Positions 45,148-54,779 of a DNA stretch of 64,000 nt are shown here, piece by piece (position 1 is the first letter of the stretch; every line of letters begins with the position of its first letter). Origin of the DNA: a virus; IMG/VR virus record IMGVR_UViG_3300049571_000380, positions 32,001 through 96,000 of that record, one strand, 5' to 3'. The notes below the pieces were generated by a model. That model was not told the DNA's origin. It made no database searches and worked only from the letters and a program-made list of their open reading frames with translations. Both the position numbers and the translations under genes were made by a program.

Positions 45148-45974
45148 AGCACACGGTCCTGGTTCCGGCGTGGCGCAGGCCCGACATGCTGCACGCCTGC
45201 CTCACCAGGCTGGCCAAGGCGGCGGCCGGATACGACGTTCGAGTGGTGGTCACGCTCGACCGGAAAGGGACTCTCGAATGCCGCCAGGTGGCCGAATCCT
45301 TTTCCACGTCGTTCTCTGAGATATTCCTGCGCGTGATGCACCATCACCAGTTCCACGGGAATTCCTACAACGTGCTGTCGGGCCTCAAGGATGCCCTGTC
45401 CATCGAGGCCGATCTGATTCACGTGGTCGAGGACGACATCATGGTCTCGCTCGGCTACTTCGCGTACCACGAGGCCGCGCACGCGGCTGCCCCCGACGCC
45501 TTTTCGGTGAGCGCGTGCCGGAACCAGAACCTGACAGGCGAGCCCCCGGCGGCGGCGTACCGGCATCCGTCATACCAGTCCCTCGGCGTCTCCTTCCGCC
45601 CGGCAGTGGCGCGCAAGGCGGTCGAGCACAACAAGCCGGTCTACTACGGCGACATGGTCGGATACTGCCGCCGGACCTTCCCCGGCAGTCAGATCCCGCC
45701 GGGGCACGCCGAGCAGGACGGGTTGTTCAACCGCATCCGGGAGCGTGAACGCGGCGTGACGGTATACCCCGCGCAGCCCCGGGCTTTCCATGCCGGGTTC
45801 TACGGGTACAACCGGACCGGCCGGAAACTCTCGGGCTCGATCGAGCGCCGGTCGGAGAAGATCCTCTCGATGACCTCGGAAGAGATGAACGCGATGGCGG
45901 GCCTGATGAAGGACCATGAGGTCATCGACCTGGATGAAAATCTGCCGGTTGACGAGGTGGGAGAGGCCCTGTAA
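45144..45974 (+). CDS. glycosyltransferase, GT-A fold (family 2-like)
   Basis: VLVPAWRRP..L..CL..L; VVEDD (DxD-type motif); GTG overlaps upstream stop. Confidence 0.85.
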   Translation: MKHTVLVPAWRRPDMLHACLTRLAKAAAGYDVRVVVTLDRKGTLECRQVAESFSTSFSEIFLRVMHHHQFHGNSYNVLSGLKDALSIEADLIHVVEDDIMVSLGYFAYHEAAHAAAPDAFSVSACRNQNLTGEPPAAAYRHPSYQSLGVSFRPAVARKAVEHNKPVYYGDMVGYCRRTFPGSQIPPGHAEQDGLFNRIRERERGVTVYPAQPRAFHAGFYGYNRTGRKLSGSIERRSEKILSMTSEEMNAMAGLMKDHEVIDLDENLPVDEVGEAL

Positions 45975-46381
45975 TGGCGTATATCGGTATAAAATACAAC
46001 TACAGGTTCGGCGGTGCGCAGCGGTACTACGGCGGCGGCTCGCCCAGCGGCGCCTTCGACATCGGGCTCTCCGCGTTCGTCATCGACCACCTGAACAAGT
46101 CGAGGCAGAAGCTCGTCCTGGAGATGTCGAACGCCCGGCGCCGGGGTGAGGGCCTGGTGCGCGCGAAGTCGCGTGTGGACACCGGCCGGATGAAGTCCTC
46201 GGTCACCGGTACCGGCGACTTCGGTACGGACATCCTGAAGATCTCCTTCGGGTGGGAGTCCATGAACCCGTACTATGCCCCGTTCCAGGAGTTCGGTACC
46301 CGCAACGGCATCACGCCGATGATGGCTGTGCTCGACGCCTTCAACCAGGTGACGACGGAACTCCAGGCGCGGCTCAGGTGA
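45974..46381 (+). CDS. HK97 gp10-like tail completion protein
   Basis: VDTGRMKSS...YAPFQEFGT. Confidence 0.8.
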   Translation: MAYIGIKYNYRFGGAQRYYGGGSPSGAFDIGLSAFVIDHLNKSRQKLVLEMSNARRRGEGLVRAKSRVDTGRMKSSVTGTGDFGTDILKISFGWESMNPYYAPFQEFGTRNGITPMMAVLDAFNQVTTELQARLR

Positions 46382-46412
46382 CTCTGGATCCACGCCCTGA
46401 AGGGGGTGAACG

Positions 46413-46898
46413 ATGACTTCCCTGCTGGACTGGCAGCTCGCCATCTACAACCGGCTCGACACCGGGCTGCCGAACACGCCCGTTTTCCTGGAAGGTGTTC
46501 CTGAGAGCACTGACGTCATCAAGGACCCATCGGGCTTCTACAAGCCGAGCGTCATCCTCTGGTTCGGCCAGGCATTCGACATCTCCGGATTCGGGGGTCG
46601 CCTCTCCATCGCCGACCTCTGCGGAATTTCCGGAGAGGACAAGGGCGTCACGAAGAAGGCCGGGTTCATCGTCGAATCCGTTGCGCCGTCCGGCCTTTCG
46701 CTGCTTCAGCTCGCTCAGGCGTGCCGGGATCTGCTGGTCGGATACACGCCCGCAGACCAGGGTGAGATCAGTGAAGCCGGATCGGGAACGGTGCGCGATC
46801 CGTACCCGGTTGGTGTCGGCGACACGCTGCGTTTCTACCTGGCGATCGGGTTCCAGGGCGTCGTGAATGTCGGCCAGCACACCGGAACCGGTTCGTGA
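46413..46898 (+). CDS. tail terminator (putative)
   Basis: Position before tail tube gene; L.GYTP motif. Confidence 0.65.
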   Translation: MTSLLDWQLAIYNRLDTGLPNTPVFLEGVPESTDVIKDPSGFYKPSVILWFGQAFDISGFGGRLSIADLCGISGEDKGVTKKAGFIVESVAPSGLSLLQLAQACRDLLVGYTPADQGEISEAGSGTVRDPYPVGVGDTLRFYLAIGFQGVVNVGQHTGTGS

Positions 46899-46990
46899 AG
46901 AATCCGCTTCGGGCGCCCAGCGTCCCAGGCAGGGGCTTTCGCGGTTAGACTCCGGTCAGGCACGATCATGCCTTCCGGCCGGAGGTACGA

Positions 46991-47557
46991 ATGGCAGCAG
47001 TGAAGAGCCTCCCCCCGTCGCTCACCATCTGGTGGGTCGACGAATCGGACCAGACGTCCGAGGGGTACGAGGGCACGTACGGCGAGGGTTTCGCGGACAT
47101 CGACCACCCGACCGCCGCAGAGATCAACGCGGGTCTGAACATCTCGTGCGCACTGACCACCGACATCACGCTCGGCTGGACGGACCGCGACACGGACGAC
47201 ACGCGTGGCCTCTGTGACGACTCGAACGTGGCGACCCCGACCGCGAAGAACTACGAAGGCCAGCTCAACGTCTTCCTGGACCGCGACCCGAACAAGCTCG
47301 ACCCGTCGATCTACAACGACGTGATGCGCCTGTTCAAGAAGCCCCTCCGTTCGGGGTTCCTGGTCCAGCGGATCTCGAAGCACCCCGTTCGTGACCCGAA
47401 CGCGGTGGACGACGACTGGGTCACGGTCTTCAAGTTCCTCTCCGGTGACCCCAACGTCATCAACGACGCGACCGCCCCCCTTCAGCTTCAGCCGACCATG
47501 TACGCCCAGGGCCAGTCCTCGGACGGCCTTGTGCAGGTCGGCAGCACCGCGAGCTGA
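46991..47557 (+). CDS. major tail (tube) protein
   Basis: PTAAEINAGLNISCA...GWT..DT...LCD. Confidence 0.85.
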   Translation: MAAVKSLPPSLTIWWVDESDQTSEGYEGTYGEGFADIDHPTAAEINAGLNISCALTTDITLGWTDRDTDDTRGLCDDSNVATPTAKNYEGQLNVFLDRDPNKLDPSIYNDVMRLFKKPLRSGFLVQRISKHPVRDPNAVDDDWVTVFKFLSGDPNVINDATAPLQLQPTMYAQGQSSDGLVQVGSTAS

Positions 47558-47583
47558 CAACCCGTACGACCGAAGGAACGGAC

Positions 47584-48384
47584 ATGGCGCAGGATATTGC
47601 GGAGCCGGGCAACCCGGAGCCCGGCCCCGACAACTTCAGCTTCGAGGACTACCTGGAGGGGAACTCCACGTTCCCCGTGTTCGAGCACACCGCCTTCCTG
47701 GACCAGCGCAGCGGCTCCGAACTCGGCGGCGTACTCGAAGAGCTGGAAGGTCTGGTCGAAAGCCTGGAGCGCGTCGAGAAGGACATCCGCAAGCGCACCG
47801 AGACCTCTGCGAACTCCTTCGTGGACTCGGTGCTGGATGCCCTTCAGGAGGAGCGCGCCGAGCTGGAGGAGAAGATCGACAAGCTCTCCGAGCGGGTCGA
47901 GGAACTGAAGGCGAAGATCGTGAAGTCGGGCATCACGCTCGTCTTCCAGGTCAAGACGCCGGAGGAACTGGGGGCGGTCACCCGTGAGGCGACCCGCCAG
48001 TTCCACAAGGAGAACCCGCATTACAAGGACGCGAGCGAGAACGACCTCGACTACATCACGGCCCGCAGCCGTTACACGCTGACCGCGCAGATCTCGCACT
48101 TCTGCACGGAGATCAAGCTGCCCGACGGCCGCGTGGTTCCGCCGCCGAACCGCAGCGGAGCCGACCTGCTCCTGAAGAAGCTCATCGCCTCCGAGACGAT
48201 GCGTCTGATGGAGTCCGTGGGCACCGGCCTGTCGGCCTCGCGCGACTGGGCCGACAAGCTCGATGCCGGGTTTCCTGGCGGAAGCTCTCACCTGGAAGAA
48301 GTCGGCATGGGTGCGACCGCTGTTGAAGACGGCAAGATCGTGGTCCGTGCCCCCGCTGACCATGCTGACGGGGCAGCCCTCTGA
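47584..48384 (+). CDS. tail assembly chaperone (G)
   Basis: Between tube and tape measure genes. Confidence 0.8.
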   Translation: MAQDIAEPGNPEPGPDNFSFEDYLEGNSTFPVFEHTAFLDQRSGSELGGVLEELEGLVESLERVEKDIRKRTETSANSFVDSVLDALQEERAELEEKIDKLSERVEELKAKIVKSGITLVFQVKTPEELGAVTREATRQFHKENPHYKDASENDLDYITARSRYTLTAQISHFCTEIKLPDGRVVPPPNRSGADLLLKKLIASETMRLMESVGTGLSASRDWADKLDAGFPGGSSHLEEVGMGATAVEDGKIVVRAPADHADGAAL

Positions 48385-48697
48385 GTGGTCCGACGAGCGC
48401 AACCGCAAGCTGGCCATGGCCCTGACGATCCTGGAGGAGGAGACGTGCAAGTCCTGCGGCACTCCTGCCTGGATCGGCATGTCGACGAACAACGAGATCG
48501 TCTTCGACCTGAAGGGCGCCGTCTGCTACGGCTGCGCGGAGATCGAGAAGGACCGCGAGGACAGCGAGAAGCGGCGCGGGAAGATCCGTCAGAAGGGGGA
48601 GACCCGTTACGTCTCTGCACGTAACGTATGGGGCGCGGATACTCCGCTCCCCTCCCGGGCGCACTCCTACCAGCACGACATGCCGGACGGCGACTGA
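48263..48697 (+). CDS. tail assembly chaperone extension (T), reached by probable +1 frameshift at 48268-48274
   Basis: Overlapping +1 frame; GGG-TTT-C; CKSCG...CYGC motif; no SD. Confidence 0.7.
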   Translation: MPGFLAEALTWKKSAWVRPLLKTARSWSVPPLTMLTGQPSEWSDERNRKLAMALTILEEETCKSCGTPAWIGMSTNNEIVFDLKGAVCYGCAEIEKDREDSEKRRGKIRQKGETRYVSARNVWGADTPLPSRAHSYQHDMPDGD

Positions 48698-48710
48698 AGC
48701 GGAGGTCTAG

Positions 48711-51700
48711 GTGGCAACGAGCTTCGATGCAACAGCTCGAATCTCCCTGGACATCCGCTCCTTTGCCCAGGGCGCCCAGGCCGTCACGAAGTCCGGCGGC
48801 CAGATGGAGAAGGTCTTCTCCAACCTGAACTCCGTCCTGAGCAAGGTCGCTCTCGTGGAGAGCGGCCTTGCCGCCAAGCTCCGCACCTCGCTCAGCGTTT
48901 ACAACTCGATCACCTCGGCAACGAAGAACTACGCCTCCGCCGTTCAGGCCCTCCAGAAGAACGAGGCAAACAGCGCCAACGGTGCGAAGCTGATGACGCA
49001 GGCGTTCCAGCAGCTCCGCTCGGCGCTCGCCTCGGTTCAGGGCCTGAGCGAGAAGGAGTACGCACGCCTGTCTCGCACGGTCACCCTGTACGAGAAGCTG
49101 GCGAACGTCATCCGCACCCTGGCGTCGGCGCAGAAGAACATGTCGTCGATCACCCAGAACGCGATCCAGGCGGAGCAGAAGGAAGCCCAGGCCAAGCAGA
49201 AGGCGGCCGAGGTCGCCCAGCGGCTCGCGCTCGAAGAGCAGAAGCTGGCGATCCAGCGGGAGAAGCTGGCTCAGTCGGCGCAGCGCATCGCCCTCCAGGA
49301 GCAGGCGCTGGCCGCCGCCCGCGCCCGGACCGCTCAGGCGACCCAGAGCGCCCACCAGTCGACGGTCTCCTACTCGGGCTCCACGTTCGCTCTGCGCAAC
49401 ACCGTCGGCGAGCTGGAGGGCGCCTTCCAGTCGCTGTTCAACGTCCTGTCGAAGGTGCCCACGGCGCTCGCCGGGGCGGCCATCTCGCAGGAGGCGGCGT
49501 TCGCCCAGGTGGCCCGTGTCGTCGGCGAGGCGGAGGCTGCCTCGGTCGGCCTGCTTGCGAGGTTCCAGGAGATTGCCCAGCAGGCGCCGATCTCCTTCGA
49601 GGAAGTGGCCCGTATCGGTCAGCTCGGTGCCGCGATCGGTATCTCGGAGCAGAACCTCGGTGACTTCACCGACACCATCGTGAAGTTCTCGCTGACCACG
49701 GGCGTGGCGGCCGACGAGGCGACACTGCTCCTCGGCCGTATCGCGCAGATGCAGGACGTGCCGATCTCCGAGATCGACCAGCTCGGCTCCGCGATTCTCG
49801 CTCTCGGTACCGCATCGGCCGCCACCGACCAGGAGATCCTGCGCGTCAACGCCTCGATCGCCACCGTGTCGAACCTGTTCGGCCTCACTGCTCAGCAGAC
49901 GGCCGGTCTCTCCGCCGCCCTGGCCACCCTCCAGGTCCGGCCCGAGCTGTCGCGCGGCGCCCTGACCCGTGTGTTCAACGAGCTGTCCACGGCCGTCTCC
50001 GACGGTGGCACCGAGCTGAGCAAGCTGGCCAAGATCATGGGCTTGACCGACGACGAAGTCTCGAAGCTCTACAACAACCCGGCCACCCGAGGCGACTTCC
50101 TGCTGGCTTTTATTCAGGGCCTGAGCCGGGCGGCCGGAGCGGGCGGTGACGTCCAGGGCGTGCTGCGTGAACTGGGTGTCAACGCGGTCCGCGACATCGA
50201 CGTGTTCTCCCGTTTGGCCAACAACGCCGACATCGTCAGTGAGTCTTTCGACCGGGCGAACCAAGAGTTCGCCAAGGGCACCGAACTGAACCGGCAGTCG
50301 AAGGGCATCTACGAGACCACGGCCGCCGAACTCCAGAACCTCTCCGACGCCTTCCAGACGTTGCTGGCTTCTCTCGGTGGCCCGCTGGCCACGGCCATCG
50401 GTTCCGTCGCGGGCAGCCTGGCCAACGTCATCGGCTTCTTTGCGCACCTCGGCCCGGTCGTGCCGATCGTCGGCACCCTCGGCGCCCTGGCGGTCACGGC
50501 CGCAGCCGGATGGGCCCTCTATCAGGTAGCCCTGTCCAAGACGATCCAGTCCCTGATCGCGGCCCGCGAACTCCAGGAGCGCCTGAAGGTCAGCACGCTG
50601 AGCGCCCGCGTCGCGCTGGACATCTACCGCAACGGCTTCCAGGGCACGACGGCCGCGCAGGCGGCGGCGGCCAACTCCCAGCGCCAGCTCACGGTGAGCA
50701 CGGAGGCCCTGTCAACGGCGCTGGCCGCGTCCTCGACGACCATCCGGGGCTACTCGCTGGCGGCGGCGCAGTCGGCGACCGGCCTGAACGCGATGAGCAC
50801 CGCGAGCCTCAACGCGGTGCGCGGTCAGGACGCCCTGTTCGCTTCGACGCTGGCCACGCAGACCTCCATGCGCCAGCTCAGCGCCCAGGCCACGGCTTCC
50901 GCGCTGGCGATGGCCAACGTCTCGAACGTCAACCGCAACCTGGCTCTGACGCAGGCGCAGATCTCGAACTCCTCGCGGGTCTTCGCCGGTCAGACGGCTA
51001 TCGCTGCGACGGCGGTCGCCGGGCTGAACACGACGGAGGCCCGAGCCGTTCCGACGACGAACCTGATGTCGGCCTCGATGCGCAACGCGGCGGCGGCCGG
51101 TGCACAGATGGGCGCCGGTATGGGAACGGCGGCTGCGGCGAGCACCGCTGCGGCGGGTGCCTTCACCCGGGCGACCACCGGCATCACGGCTTCCGGCCTG
51201 GCGGCCCGAGCGGCGGCGTTCGCCTTCGGCCCCTGGGGTATCGCCATCGCCACGGCGGGCGTCCTGCTGGGCCCGCTCATTGGCAAGATGTTCGACTTCC
51301 GCTCGGAGTCCGAGAAGATCGCCGACGCGGCATTCGAAGCGAGCGGCGGTACGCAGGCTCTGGCCAACGCGATCAAGGCCGACACCGATGCGGCGGTCCT
51401 CGCGGCCGGTGGCGTCAGGCAGTACAACGCGGCCATCAAGGACGGCTCGAAGAGCGCCCTGGAGGCCATCGGTGTCTACCGCACGGTCACCACCACGAAG
51501 GGCGACCTGGCGGATGCCGACGTGCGCTCGGCCGAGGCGGCGCGCACCGAGGCCAAGGAGCGGCTGCGGGCGATCGAGGCCACCAAGGGCTCGAAGGAGG
51601 CCCTGGAGGAGCAGGCCAAGGGGCACGGCACCGGAGCCCAGGCGGCGCAGCGTTACCTTCGCGAGATCGCGAAGGAAGAAGGCGTCATCAGCAAGACGAC

Positions 51701-53930
51701 CGAGGCGCTGGGCGAGAACACGGCGGCCATCGGCGAGAACACCAAGCAGTGGCTGCTCGACACCGCGCAGGCGGCGGTGGAGACCTCGAAGCTGGCTGAT
51801 GGAAGCGACCTGAGTCGCCGTTCCCTGGAACAGCTCGGCGAGGCAGGCGTCAACGTCGGCGACCTGCTGGAGACCTCTCTCTCCGATCCCGACAAGGCGC
51901 TCAAGCAGCTCGACGCGGCGATCAAGGAGGTCGGCAAGACGGCCGACAACTACGCGCCGTCGGGATCCGGCAAGCTCGGTGAGCAGATTAACAACGAGGC
52001 GGCTGCGGCCATCCGCCTGAAGGGCTTCCTGGAGGCTCTGCGTACGACGATCGCCGCCGAGGACAGCGCTTCGACGAAGCTCTCGATCACGAAGGGTCTG
52101 CTGGCCGACGCGCTCGACGAGACGGGCACCTCGGCCAGCTCGGCGAGCGGCAAGATCAAGCTGACGAAGTCGGCCCTGGAAGACCTGGACACCACGGGCG
52201 AAGAGGCGCAGCAGGCGATCGATCAGCTCACGACCTCGTTCGAGAAGTTCGGCACTCCGCTCGACGCCTTCAAGTCGGCAGCCGAGTCGGCATTCGGCAA
52301 GGCCGAGGACGCGATCGACAAGTTCTCGCTGAAGACCAAGGGTGGCCTGGACGCGTACATCAAGGAACTGGAGAAGATCGCCAAGGCGCAGCGTGACTGG
52401 TCCGCGAACCTGATCAAGATCTCCGCGACCCTCGGCCCGGAGGTCGCCGAGCAGTTCCGCAAGATGGGCCCCGAGGCCGCGCCCGCCGTCGCCGAACTGG
52501 CCAACCTCTCGGTGAAGGAGCTGGAGAAGCTGGGCCCGCGCCTGGCCGAGATCGGCGGCGACGCCACCAGCGACCTCGCGGCGGCCATCATCCAGAACTC
52601 CGGGAAGATCGAGAACGCCACCCTTCGGACCAGGACGCTCATCGCCGATGTCTTCGGCAACCTGATCGACAAAGCGAAGACCAGCGAGGACTTCGCTGAC
52701 GTATCGAATCAGTACGCCGACCTGGTGGCCAAGCTCGGCAAGCTCAAGGGTGTGAAGATCGACATCTCGGCCGACGACGCCAAGGCGTTCAAGTCGCTCA
52801 ACGACCTGAGCCTGTACATCGATCTCGTCGGCAAGAAGAAGGTCAAGCCCGAGATCGCCATCGACATCATCAAGGCGCAGGGTGACATCACCAAGCTCCA
52901 GGAGCTGCTGAAGAACACGAACCTGAACAAGGAGGGCAAGGCCACCCTCAACACCCTGCTCTTCCAGGCCCAGATTACCCAGCTCACCACGTTCGTGGAC
53001 GGACTGGAGGCCGAAGGAAAGCTCGACGCCAAGGGCAAGGGCAAGCTGAGCGACGAGGAGTACCGGGCGAAGGTGCTCGCGCTGACCGAGTTCCTGGCAT
53101 CCTCGGAGGGGCAGGGCTTGCTCAACCCGAAGGGCAAGGCCCAGCTCGACGACAAGGCGTACCGGGCCCAGATGACGGCGCTCGCCCAGCTCATCCTGGG
53201 CAAGGAGGCGGCTGGTGAGTTCGACGTCAACGGCGACGGCAAGCTCGACGACGACGAGTTCAAGGCCCTACTGGAAGCGCTGAAGCGCGCGGTCGCCGAC
53301 GCGAACAAGGGCAAGCTGAACCCGAAGGGCACCGTCACGCTGGCCGGTGTCAGCAACTTCAACCGGCAGCTCGGCGGAATCGTCCAGGCCGCATACACGG
53401 CCGGTGGCCGGATCACCAACGCGCTGACCAGGTCGGCTACCGTTTCGGTGGGCTACTACTACTACCAGAAGAACTCCCCGCCGAAGAGCTACGCGGCAGC
53501 CAACGGTGGCTGGATCAACGGACCTGGCGGTCCGAAGTCCGACGTGATTCCGGCGATGCTCTCGAACGGCGAATTCGTCGTGAACGCGGCGTCGGCCAAG
53601 CGCTTCGGCGCCCTGCTGGAGATCATCAACCGGTCGGGCGGCCGGGGCTTCGGCGGTGTCGCCAAGCGTCTGCTGGACTCCGGGGTGACGGGCGGCTCGA
53701 AGCAGGTGCGGGCCCGGCAGGGCGGCGCCGGGACGACGATGCTCGGCAGCAGCAGCGCGGTGCAGCAGGTGCCGCCGGAGAGCGTGTCGGTGTTCACCGC
53801 CCGGCTGGCGATGCCGTCGCAGGGCCCGACGAACGTCTTCAACATCAACAACCAGTACCCGCAGGCGGAGCCCACGTCGACTACGATCAACAGGTCGCTG
53901 GCCTACGCAGCGACGATCAGCGGGGTGTGA
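48711..53930 (+). CDS. tape measure protein (1739 aa)
   Basis: TP901-type core (QQAPISFEEV..IGQLG), Ala-rich, C-terminal GGWINGPG..KSDVIPAMLSNGEFVV. Confidence 0.95.
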   Translation: MATSFDATARISLDIRSFAQGAQAVTKSGGQMEKVFSNLNSVLSKVALVESGLAAKLRTSLSVYNSITSATKNYASAVQALQKNEANSANGAKLMTQAFQQLRSALASVQGLSEKEYARLSRTVTLYEKLANVIRTLASAQKNMSSITQNAIQAEQKEAQAKQKAAEVAQRLALEEQKLAIQREKLAQSAQRIALQEQALAAARARTAQATQSAHQSTVSYSGSTFALRNTVGELEGAFQSLFNVLSKVPTALAGAAISQEAAFAQVARVVGEAEAASVGLLARFQEIAQQAPISFEEVARIGQLGAAIGISEQNLGDFTDTIVKFSLTTGVAADEATLLLGRIAQMQDVPISEIDQLGSAILALGTASAATDQEILRVNASIATVSNLFGLTAQQTAGLSAALATLQVRPELSRGALTRVFNELSTAVSDGGTELSKLAKIMGLTDDEVSKLYNNPATRGDFLLAFIQGLSRAAGAGGDVQGVLRELGVNAVRDIDVFSRLANNADIVSESFDRANQEFAKGTELNRQSKGIYETTAAELQNLSDAFQTLLASLGGPLATAIGSVAGSLANVIGFFAHLGPVVPIVGTLGALAVTAAAGWALYQVALSKTIQSLIAARELQERLKVSTLSARVALDIYRNGFQGTTAAQAAAANSQRQLTVSTEALSTALAASSTTIRGYSLAAAQSATGLNAMSTASLNAVRGQDALFASTLATQTSMRQLSAQATASALAMANVSNVNRNLALTQAQISNSSRVFAGQTAIAATAVAGLNTTEARAVPTTNLMSASMRNAAAAGAQMGAGMGTAAAASTAAAGAFTRATTGITASGLAARAAAFAFGPWGIAIATAGVLLGPLIGKMFDFRSESEKIADAAFEASGGTQALANAIKADTDAAVLAAGGVRQYNAAIKDGSKSALEAIGVYRTVTTTKGDLADADVRSAEAARTEAKERLRAIEATKGSKEALEEQAKGHGTGAQAAQRYLREIAKEEGVISKTTEALGENTAAIGENTKQWLLDTAQAAVETSKLADGSDLSRRSLEQLGEAGVNVGDLLETSLSDPDKALKQLDAAIKEVGKTADNYAPSGSGKLGEQINNEAAAAIRLKGFLEALRTTIAAEDSASTKLSITKGLLADALDETGTSASSASGKIKLTKSALEDLDTTGEEAQQAIDQLTTSFEKFGTPLDAFKSAAESAFGKAEDAIDKFSLKTKGGLDAYIKELEKIAKAQRDWSANLIKISATLGPEVAEQFRKMGPEAAPAVAELANLSVKELEKLGPRLAEIGGDATSDLAAAIIQNSGKIENATLRTRTLIADVFGNLIDKAKTSEDFADVSNQYADLVAKLGKLKGVKIDISADDAKAFKSLNDLSLYIDLVGKKKVKPEIAIDIIKAQGDITKLQELLKNTNLNKEGKATLNTLLFQAQITQLTTFVDGLEAEGKLDAKGKGKLSDEEYRAKVLALTEFLASSEGQGLLNPKGKAQLDDKAYRAQMTALAQLILGKEAAGEFDVNGDGKLDDDEFKALLEALKRAVADANKGKLNPKGTVTLAGVSNFNRQLGGIVQAAYTAGGRITNALTRSATVSVGYYYYQKNSPPKSYAAANGGWINGPGGPKSDVIPAMLSNGEFVVNAASAKRFGALLEIINRSGGRGFGGVAKRLLDSGVTGGSKQVRARQGGAGTTMLGSSSAVQQVPPESVSVFTARLAMPSQGPTNVFNINNQYPQAEPTSTTINRSLAYAATISGV

Positions 53931-53933
53931 GCG

Positions 53934-54776
53934 GTGGCGACGGCATACAAGATCAACGGATACACCATCGGCGGCAAGGCCATCACCTCCGGCATGTATC
54001 TCCTGGAGGGCACCGAGTACGCACCGGCCCTGGCGCCGCGCCGTGCCGTCATCGAGGTGCCGAACACGCACTACGCGATTCCCCAGTGGGACGATCCGCT
54101 GTCGCAGATCACCGTCTCCCTGAAGATCCGTATCGTCGACCTCACGCCCGAGGCTCTGGCCTCGCGCTGGAACACCCTGATGGGCCTGCTCGGGATGGGC
54201 ACGAACCAGCCCATCACCCTCACCCGGGTCCGGGGGACGATCGAGGAGACGGCCGACGCCCAGCTCGTCTCGATGAACACCCCGGACTTCTCCTGCCCGA
54301 GCGACCGGGCGGATGCGACGATCATCTTCAACGTCCCGGGCGGGGCCTGGCGCGGCGCCGAGACGACGGCCACGTTCTTCAACAGCTCCTCGAACACCCT
54401 GGCCAACGCGCTCGCTTCGACGGTGCCGATCGCCGACGCCCTTCTGCTGCTGAAGGGCCCGGCCACCTCTCTCACGGTCACCGACAACACCTCGACCACC
54501 ACGGTCTTCTGGGGTGACGGCTCCTCGTCGGTCAGCTCGGCGCAGTGGCTGCTGATCGACCCCCGCTACATGCGGGCCCGCCTTCAGCCCTCGGAAGTCT
54601 GGACTTTCACCACAGGAACGAACGTCACGGGCGCCCTGGAGTTCCGTGGAAACGGGCCCCTGACTTTCACGTCGCGCGGCTCCGGTTCTTTCGGGAACAG
54701 GACCGGTACATTCACCGTTACAACTGCTGGCGGAAACAACGGAGTGCAAGTGCGATCCAGGTACGCGGTGGTGTGA
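53934..54776 (+). CDS. distal tail protein (minor tail)
   Basis: Immediately after TMP. Confidence 0.75.
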   Translation: MATAYKINGYTIGGKAITSGMYLLEGTEYAPALAPRRAVIEVPNTHYAIPQWDDPLSQITVSLKIRIVDLTPEALASRWNTLMGLLGMGTNQPITLTRVRGTIEETADAQLVSMNTPDFSCPSDRADATIIFNVPGGAWRGAETTATFFNSSSNTLANALASTVPIADALLLLKGPATSLTVTDNTSTTTVFWGDGSSSVSSAQWLLIDPRYMRARLQPSEVWTFTTGTNVTGALEFRGNGPLTFTSRGSGSFGNRTGTFTVTTAGGNNGVQVRSRYAVV

Positions 54777-54779
54777 CAT

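Noticed and set aside
48268-48274. GGGTTTC as a canonical -1 slippery heptamer
   Set aside because: Phased GGG-TTT-C rather than X-XXY-YYZ, and the downstream ORF is in the +1 frame
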